This document shows, piece by piece, positions 1-8,253 of a stretch of 64,000 nt of DNA. The notes under the pieces were generated by a model. That model was not told the origin of the DNA, made no database searches, and was given only the letters and a program-made list of their open reading frames with translations. The stretch is from an uncultured Deferribacteres bacterium. Its GTDB lineage: Bacteria > Zhuqueibacterota > Zhuqueibacteria > Zhuqueibacterales > Geothermadaptataceae. The position numbers were made by a program, and so were the translations under genes. The DNA lies in contig CAXHAT010000004.1 of the NCBI GenBank assembly GCA_964014485.1, positions 1 to 64,000 of the forward strand. Direction: 5' to 3'. Position 1 is the stretch's first letter. Every line of letters starts with the position of its first letter.

Positions 1-855
1 GCTAATGAGAGCGTTGAGTTACACACACGTTTTTTTTCGCCTTTGCGCCTGTTTTCGATTTTTCAAGAAGCGCCGATCCGACAGAAACTATTACTCGCCG
101 GTTTGATGCTTTGGCTCGTCGCATTGACGGTAATCACTTTCAAACGCGGCGGCGTTTGGCAAAACGGCGAACCGCTTTGGACGGACGTTATCGCCAAATA
201 CCCGTCCGATTTCTTTGCTTACGGCGCGCGTGCTTCCTACTTCAAGGAAACCGGAAAATTTGACCGCGCGCTGGCCGATTATTCTCAAAGCTTAAATCTC
301 CAACCGCTTTTTTTTGAAGGCCGCAACAATCGCGGCCTGATTTACCTGCAAAAGAACGAATATCAAGCAGCGCGTGCTGATTTCGATAAGGCTATTGAAC
401 TCAAACCGAATTTTGCCGGCGCTTACGCGAATCGCGGCCTGGTTGCGTTAAATACCGGCGATTACGATCAAGCGCTTGCTGACTTTGACCGCGCCGTTGC
501 GCTCAATCCCGATTCGCCAATTTTCTTCTACAACCGCGGCTTGGCGCATCAGCGTGTGAACAAGCCAAACGAAGCGCTGGCGGATTTTGATAAGGCCGTC
601 CTGCTCGATCCGGCGCAGCCTCAGTTTTACAAGGATCGCGGCTTCACTTACGGCCTGCTCAGTCAGTACGAAAAAGCGCTGCAAGATTTTACCCGAGCGC
701 TCCAACTCGATCCGTCTTACGCTGAAGCCTATTTTTGGCGCGCCGCCGCGTATCGCGATTTAAAAAGGCTTGATCCAGCCCTCCGCGACGCCTTGAAAGC
801 CAGAGAATTGGGCTATCCGGTCAGCGACGATTTTCTTCAATCCTTACGTCATTAG
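1..855 (+). CDS. TMTC-like membrane glycosyltransferase with C-terminal TPRs (3' part, probably truncated by window start)
   Basis: Frame open from base 1. Last TM helix, then WQNGEPLWTDVIAKYP and about 6 TPRs. Clearly paralogous to 13288..15207. Confidence 0.8.
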   Translation, partial: ANESVELHTRFFSPLRLFSIFQEAPIRQKLLLAGLMLWLVALTVITFKRGGVWQNGEPLWTDVIAKYPSDFFAYGARASYFKETGKFDRALADYSQSLNLQPLFFEGRNNRGLIYLQKNEYQAARADFDKAIELKPNFAGAYANRGLVALNTGDYDQALADFDRAVALNPDSPIFFYNRGLAHQRVNKPNEALADFDKAVLLDPAQPQFYKDRGFTYGLLSQYEKALQDFTRALQLDPSYAEAYFWRAAAYRDLKRLDPALRDALKARELGYPVSDDFLQSLRH

Positions 856-866
856 TGTCTTATAGC

Positions 867-1031
867 CTGCATTATTCATAAATCTCATGCCTATCGCTCC
901 GCGTCATTCCCGCGCAGGCGGGAATCCAGGGGCTAGGCGTGATTGACTGGATTCCCGCCTGCGCGGGAATGACGTAAAAGTAACGTTTCTCAAGTGCTAT
1001 TGGGGAAGTTTCCGAGAGTGCGTAACATCAG
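867..1031. mobile_element. MITE-like element with REP-type hairpin core
   Basis: Perfect 27-bp inverted arms GTCATTCCCGCGCAGGCGGGAATCCAG (903-929 and 947-973). Segment 947-1031 is closely similar to 63891-63975 and ends GCGTAACATCAG. Confidence 0.75.
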
Positions 1032-1097
1032 TTATAAAGTTGAATGATTTTTCTAGCCTGGCTCTGTTTGCGCCAGGCTGGGTTTCCGAGAAAAACA

Positions 1098-2129
1098 ATG
1101 AATGATTTCGATCTGTTTTATATTTTCGTCATTCTAACGCTATTAGCGATTTCTCATCTTCTCATCTTTTTGCGAAAGAAAAAGCGGCATTTTCAAAAAC
1201 GAAACGCCTTTTTCCTTATTTTTTGGAACGCCCTTCTAACCATCGCTTTAGCCGCCGGTCTTTTCTTTTTGGCTGAAACGTATTACCGTTTTTTCGTCGA
1301 TACGACCGACTCGTTTGGGTTGAACAAAATCACCCAAAGGTGGCTCAAAAGACACTATCATTTGAACAACCTGAAAGCCCGCGACAATATCGATTACCAG
1401 CACCAAATTGCTCCGGGCAAAAGGCGCATCAGTTTTGTCGGCGACTCTTTTACAGCAGGACACGGCGTCGCGGACGTCGAAGATCGTTTTCCCAACCTCA
1501 TCCGCGCCAATAATCCGCGGTGGGAAATTCACGTCATAGCCGCCAACGGTCTGGAAACTGTCGACGAACTGCAAGTCATCTCCAAGCTCGACGGCGAAGG
1601 CTATCAGTTCGACGTTCTGATTTTGGTCTACGTGATCAACGACATATCCTATCTCGTTCCGGAAACGGAAGCGGTTTACGAAAAAATCTATGCCTTTGGC
1701 GACGGACTCGGCTACCTCGGCCAAAACAGCTATTTTCTCAACACCCTACATTTTCGTTCTTTTGCAAGCCGAACTCCGGAAATTTCCAGCTACTACGATT
1801 TCGTCAAAAACGCTTACTTTTCGCCGATTTGGGAGCGGCAGGCGGCGGCGCTCCGTCACATCGTGCAATCCGGCAGACAAAAGGGACGTCGCGTCGTCGT
1901 CGTGACCTTTCCGTTTCTGCATGATTTGAGCGGCTACGCATTTACAGATGTTCATCAAAAACTGGACGCTTTTTGGCAATCGCTGCAAACGCCTCATCTC
2001 GATCTCTATCCCGTTTTTCTGCAACACGCCCAGGAAAATCTGGTCGTCAACGCCTTCGACGCTCATCCGAACGAACGCGCCAATCAAATCGCAGCGGAGG
2101 CGATTGAGCGTTTTCTGAAAGAACATTAG
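1098..2129 (+). CDS. SGNH/GDSL hydrolase-family protein with N-terminal TM helices
   Basis: GDSFTAG block I and DAHPN block V. ATG 1098 preferred over 1044. Confidence 0.85.
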   Translation: MNDFDLFYIFVILTLLAISHLLIFLRKKKRHFQKRNAFFLIFWNALLTIALAAGLFFLAETYYRFFVDTTDSFGLNKITQRWLKRHYHLNNLKARDNIDYQHQIAPGKRRISFVGDSFTAGHGVADVEDRFPNLIRANNPRWEIHVIAANGLETVDELQVISKLDGEGYQFDVLILVYVINDISYLVPETEAVYEKIYAFGDGLGYLGQNSYFLNTLHFRSFASRTPEISSYYDFVKNAYFSPIWERQAAALRHIVQSGRQKGRRVVVVTFPFLHDLSGYAFTDVHQKLDAFWQSLQTPHLDLYPVFLQHAQENLVVNAFDAHPNERANQIAAEAIERFLKEH

Positions 2130-2134
2130 CCGTT

Positions 2135-3316
2135 TCACAACAGGGCGTTCGTGTGCAGCGTCTCGACGATTAGCTCGGTAATTATTTTGTGGCCTTGCTC
2201 TGAAAGATGCGTGTCAAACGGCAAATAAACCACTTCCCCAGCCGCGGCTGCGTTTCGCAATCTTTTTGTTGAATCAACAAAACGGATTCCCAAACCTTCG
2301 GCAAGAGCCTCAAGATGCGCGGATATGCTCTCTGTTTTTGTTATCCGGTCAAGCCCGGCGATAAAAGGTCTGGCGCTTTGGTGCAGCTTCACAAAATCTC
2401 GCATTACATTGTATTTTCGCGGGATCAGCAAAAGAATGAGTCTGATCTCTCGCTTTTCACACCAGGCGCGGCCGGTACGAACGGCGTTGGCTAAAAACGG
2501 CCATCCCGGATGAGCGTCGGCGACAAGCTCATGGGCTGGTATCGGCAAAAACCTCATCTCATATGATCGCGAACGGGCGTCGACAAAAACGCCTGCAAAA
2601 GGCCACTGTTTTTTCGAGTGCGCTTCATGTCGCGGCCAAAACTTGTAAACAATGGAACGCCGTCTCCACGAATCCGCTCGCGAGGTCTTGCCGCGTTTAT
2701 CAAAGTCAAAAAAGGGCGGACGACCAGCGTTTAACCACTCCCGGAACGCGACCTCTTCCGCGAGATCATTGGATTCGGCAATTTGCCACACGATAATTTT
2801 GGGGCGTACTGGAAATGCGTATTTTTCCAACACGCCCAGTTCCGTGGACGCGGAATAGCCGGCCCGGCCCAAATTCCGCGTTTGAACGCCCAACTGCTTC
2901 GAGGCAAGTTGAACGAACGTCTTTTCTTCCGGAATATTGCCTGCTTCAGTATAAGAATCGCCAATAAAAACAATCGCGGCGTTTTGGACGTCCGTACTAT
3001 TTCGAAAACCGTCTTTGTCCGTTTGAAACGAAACTTCAGTCGCGTAGGGATCGGGATCGTCGTTCAGGAGCGCCAAATCGCCTCGAGATAATCCTTGCCA
3101 TTTTAAATGCGGCGGACGTCCAAATGGCAAATCGTCCGTTCTTGATACGCCGCCGCCAGCGGCAAAATACCAAGGATTGTCCATTTGATGCTTCGGCGGG
3201 ATCAAGTATGCGCCGAGCTCAAACAGCAGCAATCCCACAAAAGCGCCCAAAAAAACGGCGGTTATTTTGAAGCTGAACTTTCGTTTGTTTCGGTTTATCT
3301 GTTCTTCCGGTTTCAT
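2135..3316 (-). CDS. SGNH-family protein (AlgJ/AlgX-like O-acyltransferase/esterase), membrane anchored
   Basis: N-terminal TM helix, GDSYTE and DTHLS catalytic motifs. Confidence 0.8.
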   Translation of the reverse strand: MKPEEQINRNKRKFSFKITAVFLGAFVGLLLFELGAYLIPPKHQMDNPWYFAAGGGVSRTDDLPFGRPPHLKWQGLSRGDLALLNDDPDPYATEVSFQTDKDGFRNSTDVQNAAIVFIGDSYTEAGNIPEEKTFVQLASKQLGVQTRNLGRAGYSASTELGVLEKYAFPVRPKIIVWQIAESNDLAEEVAFREWLNAGRPPFFDFDKRGKTSRADSWRRRSIVYKFWPRHEAHSKKQWPFAGVFVDARSRSYEMRFLPIPAHELVADAHPGWPFLANAVRTGRAWCEKREIRLILLLIPRKYNVMRDFVKLHQSARPFIAGLDRITKTESISAHLEALAEGLGIRFVDSTKRLRNAAAAGEVVYLPFDTHLSEQGHKIITELIVETLHTNALL

Positions 3317-3366
3317 TCTCGGAATTTCATCCTAAAATCTCAAATTTCGCCAAATTCGCATCTACA

Positions 3367-3507
3367 CCGGATAATTTATAAACTGTCACTTTACGCTCAA
3401 ATCCCAAAAACGTCATACCCTTGCAGACGGGTATCCATAATTGCACCTAAGTCGATAATTCTACTGGATTCCCGCCTGCGCGGGAATGACGCTTGTGAAT
3501 TATCCAG
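3367..3507. mobile_element. MITE-like element with REP-type hairpin core
   Basis: Inverted ends CCGGATAATT and AATTATCCAG. Degenerate left arm at 3411 and exact right arm CTGGATTCCCGCCTGCGCGGGAATGAC at 3464-3490. Confidence 0.7.
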
Positions 3508-3511
3508 GCTA

Positions 3512-5524
3512 CTATTCTTTGCCTCCCGACGCGGTTGAAACAACCAGTGCTTCATTTTTTGAATTTTGAGAAGTGAGTTTTGCAGCGTTTTGCGTGCGCT
3601 CCAGGGCGAGCAAGCGCGTTTCCATTTTCGCCAACAGCGTTTCGTAGGTCGCCAGACGTTTTTCTTGCGCGACTTCCTTTTTTTGATAGTCGTCAATTTG
3701 TGCGTTTTGAAGCGCGACGCGCTGCTCCAGCACCTGCACTCTGGCGTTCAATTCCTGCGCCGACTTCACTAGCGAAGGCACAAATTCAGCGTAGCGCACG
3801 CCGTAAACGTCCTTCTCATGCTTCGGCTTGTCAACCCCGCTGAAATCATAACCGACCGTTTCCGCCGCCTGCTCCACCTCCTGGGCGATAAAGCCGGTGT
3901 AGCGAAGCTGGTCTTTGTTCGACTCCGGCGCGCTCGTTCCTTGAAAATCGTTCAAAGCCTGCGCGTCGTAATTGTAGGTGACCGGACGAAGTTGCTCAAT
4001 AAAGATCAAGCCCGGAACGTCTTCCTCAACGTTCTTTTTGAAGCGTCCGTCCGAGGTCGCCGTCCAGTTGACAATGCCGCCAATGGAAGAGATCGCACTA
4101 TTGCCGAGATAGATTTCATTCGCGACGGTGACGTTGGCGCGATAGCCCAAAGCCATGGCGTTGGCGGCGGAAGCGCTGGCGTCCGGTCCCAAAGCGGTTG
4201 CATTCGTTCCAGTCGCAGCCGCTGAATCGCCGACGGCAAGCGCGTTTTCAGCCGTTGCATTCGCCCGACTGCCGAGAACAACGCTGTTGGCGGCGCTGAC
4301 CGTGGCGTCGCGCCCAACGGCGATGGAGAGCGTGCCGTTGGTGATGTTGGCTTCCCGGCCAATGGCGATAGCGGAAGGACTGCCGGAGGCGACGCTGGCC
4401 GTCCAGCCGATGGCCTGTGCATTCACGGCTTGAACGCTGGCTTGGTGTCCGATGGCGATTGAGTGATCGATGTTGTTGCCGATGGTTGCGGCGTAGCCGA
4501 TGGCGATCGCGTCGTTACCCTGGTTGTCGGAAGTCGAGCCGATGGCAATCGATTCGGCTTTGTTCGCCCTGCTGCTGTAGCCTATAACCACAACATCGTT
4601 GTGCCAGGGATCGGTTTCCGAGCCCAAAAATGTCGTGCGTGAACGCAGCGTATTGTTGAAATCAGCACGATAGCCCATACCGGCATTGTCTTCACCTGCA
4701 CGGTTGGTATAACCAGCCTGAAAGCCGACGTAGGTATTGCGATTAGCGTTTGTTTGGTCGTTGTTGCGGTTGTTGTCGAATCCGGCGTAGGCGCCGACGA
4801 AGGTGTTGAAATGGGCAAACTCTGTTGCCGCGCCAGAACCTGCGCCGATATAGGTATTGTAATTGCCTCGGCCATTATCAGTGCCAGCCGAATCGCCGAT
4901 AGCGGTATTATGATGAGATGTGTACGGACCACCCGTGCCGCCGCCAAGGTCATACAACGCTTCGTTACCGACGGCGGTGTTGCGGTATCCGGTCTGACTC
5001 GTACGTCCGGCCGTGTTGCCGATAAAGGTGTTGTCGCCGCCTGTGGTGGTATGGTAGCCTGCGTCTTCACCTATAAAGACATTATCGAATGCTGTGGTCA
5101 GGTTGTACCCTGCCTGTTCGCCGACAATCGTTGCATCCCCGGCCGTGGTCATATTTCGTCCTGCCTCGACGCCAATAACGGTGTTGTCCGTTCCCGTGCT
5201 GTTGTATCCGGCGAGGTTGCCGATGAAGACATTGTCGATACCGCTGGTGCTGAGGAATTTGGCAAATGCACCAATAATGATGTTGTCAGTATCGTTGTCA
5301 AGATTGAATCCCGCATTCTTGCCGATGAAGATACTGTTCGATCCGCTGCTGTAGTTTGTCCCGGCGGAATCGCCGATAAACGTGTTGTTCAAACCGGTCG
5401 TAATGCTGACCCCGGCGCCTTGCTGCGGCGAGGCCTGGTTTACGTTGCTCTGCGCCAGCAAGACGCTGTTGAGTCCAATAACGCAGACAATGATCGATAA
5501 AATTGAAAAGCGACATTTCTTCAT
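3512..5524 (-). CDS. Secreted repetitive fibre protein with C-terminal peptidase S74 intramolecular chaperone (copy 1)
   Basis: Sec signal (..LLAQ), NTFIGxxAG repeats, YadA-head-like AIG/ALG repeats, TSDGRFKKNV, GFIAQEVE, C-terminal coiled coil. RBS AAGGAG. Confidence 0.85.
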   Translation of the reverse strand: MKKCRFSILSIIVCVIGLNSVLLAQSNVNQASPQQGAGVSITTGLNNTFIGDSAGTNYSSGSNSIFIGKNAGFNLDNDTDNIIIGAFAKFLSTSGIDNVFIGNLAGYNSTGTDNTVIGVEAGRNMTTAGDATIVGEQAGYNLTTAFDNVFIGEDAGYHTTTGGDNTFIGNTAGRTSQTGYRNTAVGNEALYDLGGGTGGPYTSHHNTAIGDSAGTDNGRGNYNTYIGAGSGAATEFAHFNTFVGAYAGFDNNRNNDQTNANRNTYVGFQAGYTNRAGEDNAGMGYRADFNNTLRSRTTFLGSETDPWHNDVVVIGYSSRANKAESIAIGSTSDNQGNDAIAIGYAATIGNNIDHSIAIGHQASVQAVNAQAIGWTASVASGSPSAIAIGREANITNGTLSIAVGRDATVSAANSVVLGSRANATAENALAVGDSAAATGTNATALGPDASASAANAMALGYRANVTVANEIYLGNSAISSIGGIVNWTATSDGRFKKNVEEDVPGLIFIEQLRPVTYNYDAQALNDFQGTSAPESNKDQLRYTGFIAQEVEQAAETVGYDFSGVDKPKHEKDVYGVRYAEFVPSLVKSAQELNARVQVLEQRVALQNAQIDDYQKKEVAQEKRLATYETLLAKMETRLLALERTQNAAKLTSQNSKNEALVVSTASGGKE
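4101..4504. repeat. ~400-bp direct repeat identical to 6364-6767
   Basis: By-eye base comparison found no mismatch at offset 2263. Synonymous differences resume on both sides. Confidence 0.85.
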
Positions 5525-5738
5525 AACAAAGCTCCTTTTTCGCCATGATTCTTTTCAAATAAAAAATCAACATGTATACTTGCCCCATTCGTATAGAACC
5601 GCTCCAATTTGTCATTTCTCATCTACGACTACACGAGCGTTCTGGCGCGCCAGTGCAAAACTGGAAAATGATAACCATGACGAAAGCAGCGTGCAAGGCG
5701 ACGCTTTTCCAAGTATGCTCACATTAGCAACGAATACG

Positions 5739-7778
5739 TTACCTTGGAGAATCGCTGTTTCGATCGGATTTACCTCGCTTCCTTTTCTTACCGTTATCGA
5801 TCATCTCGACGCTCGGGCTGATTGGCGTTTCAGATGAGGTCACTTTGAGTCGCGGTTGTTTCTCATCGCCATGTTCGTTTTTTTCCAAGGCGACGAGGCG
5901 ATTTTGGATATGAGAAAACATCTTTTGGTAAGAAGCGAGGAGTGTGCGCTGGTCGGCTATCACGGCTTGCTGTTCGGTGATCATTTCTTGCTGCGATTCA
6001 ACTTTCGCGTTCAGTTCCTGCACGGATTTCACTAGCGACGGCACAAATTCAGCGTAACGCACGCCGTAAACGTCCTTCTCATTTTTCGGCTTGTCAACGC
6101 CGCTAAAATCATAACCGACCGTCTCAGCCGCCTGCTCCACCTCCTGGGCGATAAAGCCGGTGTAGCGAAGCTGGTCTTTTTTGGATTCCGGCGCCTTCGT
6201 TCCTTGAAATTGGTTTAAGGCTTGCGTGTCATAGTTGTAGCTCACCGGACGCAGTTGCTCGATGAAGATCAAGCCCGGCACGTCTTCCTGCACGTTCTTT
6301 TTGAAGCGTCCGTCCGAGGTCGCCGTCCAGTTGACAATGCCGCCGATAGACGTGATCGCGCTGTTGCCGAGATAGATTTCATTCGCGACGGTGACGTTGG
6401 CGCGATAGCCCAAAGCCATGGCGTTGGCGGCGGAAGCGCTGGCGTCCGGTCCCAAAGCGGTTGCATTCGTTCCAGTCGCAGCCGCTGAATCGCCGACGGC
6501 AAGCGCGTTTTCAGCCGTTGCATTCGCCCGACTGCCGAGAACAACGCTGTTGGCGGCGCTGACCGTGGCGTCGCGCCCAACGGCGATGGAGAGCGTGCCG
6601 TTGGTGATGTTGGCTTCCCGGCCAATGGCGATAGCGGAAGGACTGCCGGAGGCGACGCTGGCCGTCCAGCCGATGGCCTGTGCATTCACGGCTTGAACGC
6701 TGGCTTGGTGTCCGATGGCGATTGAGTGATCGATGTTGTTGCCGATGGTTGCGGCGTAGCCGATGGCAATAGCGTCGTTGCCCTGGTTGTCTGAAGTCGA
6801 GCCGATGGCGATCGACTCGGCTTTGTTAACCAGTGAGCTATAGCCGATGACGACGACGTCGTTGTGCCAAGGATCGGTTTCCGAGCCCAAAAATACAGTA
6901 CGTGATCGGTTTTCCGTGTCAAAATCAGCGCGATAGCCCATACCGACGTTGTCTTCGCCATCGCGATTGAACAGCCCTGTCCTGTATCCGACATAGGTAT
7001 TGCCGTCCCCAGTGGTTGTACTATTGTTGCGGCCGTTGTTAAATCCCGCATAGGCGCCGACGAAAGTGTTGAAATCTGAATACTCATTGGCGGCGCCGGC
7101 GGCGGCGCCGAGAAAGGTGTTGTAATTACCCCGTCCGTTGTCAATGCCCGCTGAATCCCCGAGGGCTGTGTTATGATGCACCGCGTCGCCTGCTGCGCCA
7201 ATATCGAACAGCGCCTCATTGCCAATAGCGGTGTTGCGATAGCCGACCTGGTTCTGGCGCCCGGCCTGGCTGCCGACAAAAGTGTTGTCGTTGCCCGTTG
7301 TAGTGGTGTAGCCGGCGTCTTCGCCGATAAAAGTGTTGTCATTTCCCTCTGTCAAATTATAGCCTGCCGCCTCGCCGATAATTGTAGCGTCGCCTGCCGA
7401 GGTCATGTTGCGCCCGGCCTCCGCGCCGATAACGACATTGTCCGTCCCTGTACTGGCTTCCGCGACGCGAGTACCAATGTAGACGTTATCGAAACCGGTG
7501 GTGGAGAGAAAGTTGGCAAAAGCGCCGATTATGACGAGATCGTTTTCATTGTCTCTGTCACGCCCGGCATTCTTGCCAATAAAGACGCTGCGCAGCCCCT
7601 CGTCGAAACTCGTTCCGGCGGAATCGCCGATAAAAGTGTTGTTCAAGCCGGTCGTAATGCTAACCCCGGCGCCTTGCTGCGGCGAGGCTTGATGGACGTT
7701 GCTCTGCGCCAGCAAGGCGCCGCCAATTGTTGTCAGCCAAAAGCTCGTCAAAAAAGCTAAACAGTTTCGTTTTTTCAT
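5739..7778 (-). CDS. Secreted repetitive fibre protein with peptidase S74 chaperone (copy 2)
   Basis: Start moved to ATG 7778 (AAAGGAG RBS, MKKRNC signal peptide). Same architecture as copy 1. Confidence 0.85.
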   Translation of the reverse strand: MKKRNCLAFLTSFWLTTIGGALLAQSNVHQASPQQGAGVSITTGLNNTFIGDSAGTSFDEGLRSVFIGKNAGRDRDNENDLVIIGAFANFLSTTGFDNVYIGTRVAEASTGTDNVVIGAEAGRNMTSAGDATIIGEAAGYNLTEGNDNTFIGEDAGYTTTTGNDNTFVGSQAGRQNQVGYRNTAIGNEALFDIGAAGDAVHHNTALGDSAGIDNGRGNYNTFLGAAAGAANEYSDFNTFVGAYAGFNNGRNNSTTTGDGNTYVGYRTGLFNRDGEDNVGMGYRADFDTENRSRTVFLGSETDPWHNDVVVIGYSSLVNKAESIAIGSTSDNQGNDAIAIGYAATIGNNIDHSIAIGHQASVQAVNAQAIGWTASVASGSPSAIAIGREANITNGTLSIAVGRDATVSAANSVVLGSRANATAENALAVGDSAAATGTNATALGPDASASAANAMALGYRANVTVANEIYLGNSAITSIGGIVNWTATSDGRFKKNVQEDVPGLIFIEQLRPVSYNYDTQALNQFQGTKAPESKKDQLRYTGFIAQEVEQAAETVGYDFSGVDKPKNEKDVYGVRYAEFVPSLVKSVQELNAKVESQQEMITEQQAVIADQRTLLASYQKMFSHIQNRLVALEKNEHGDEKQPRLKVTSSETPISPSVEMIDNGKKRKRGKSDRNSDSPR
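6364..6767. repeat. ~400-bp direct repeat identical to 4101-4504
   Basis: Direct sequence comparison. Confidence 0.85.
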
Positions 7779-7935
7779 TACAAATCTCCTTTCACATTTT
7801 GCGGCGTCACTTTGGTTTTTATCTGATCCGACAAACCGTTGTCGTAACCGGCGTTTTCCGATTTGCCGTGATCTAATGATGGGCTTAAGATAACAACATA
7901 GAAGCGCTTGAGCTTTGCAGTAAGCGTCAATTCTC

Positions 7936-7990
7936 ATGCAGAACGAGACAACGCCGTGCAGAATTGGCCGTCCATCGTGCAGAATCGGCC
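7936..7990. promoter_or_regulatory. Three phased direct repeats (TGCAGAA core), candidate transcription-factor sites
   Basis: TGCAGAA at 7937, 7957 and 7978 (20 and 21 bp spacing). The last two read CGTGCAGAAT(T/C)GGCC. Upstream of fibre copy 2. Confidence 0.5.
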
Positions 7991-8039
7991 ATTCCGGTTA
8001 ACTGGCATTACGCATCGGTCCTAATCTGGACAAGCCAGA

Positions 8040-8190
8040 AACCCCAAACGTCAAATCCCAATTTCCAAATAAATCACAAACTTCAAATTACAATCTATTG
8101 CCAGAACAAGGCGAAGCCGCACCATTTGAGTTTTGAGATTTGGTGTTTGAGGTTTATTTGTGATTTGGAGATTGTCGTTTGGAATTTAAG
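8040..8190. repeat. Low-complexity heptad-like repeat with inverted halves
   Basis: CAAAT-type units at 8040-8096 mirrored by TTTG(A/G) units at 8125-8190. Confidence 0.6.
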
Positions 8191-8253
8191 TTTTGCCCAA
8201 AATTGGCAAAAAATGACTCAACAGACACTAAAATACGAAATTGATTGTTTATG

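Noticed and set aside
5640..5665. Sigma54 promoter upstream of fibre copy 1
   Set aside because: The GG-GC spacing is off by one base and TTGC is absent.
7779..7937. N-terminal extension of fibre copy 2 in the ORF track
   Set aside because: The RBS and signal peptide place the start at 7778, matching the paralogues.
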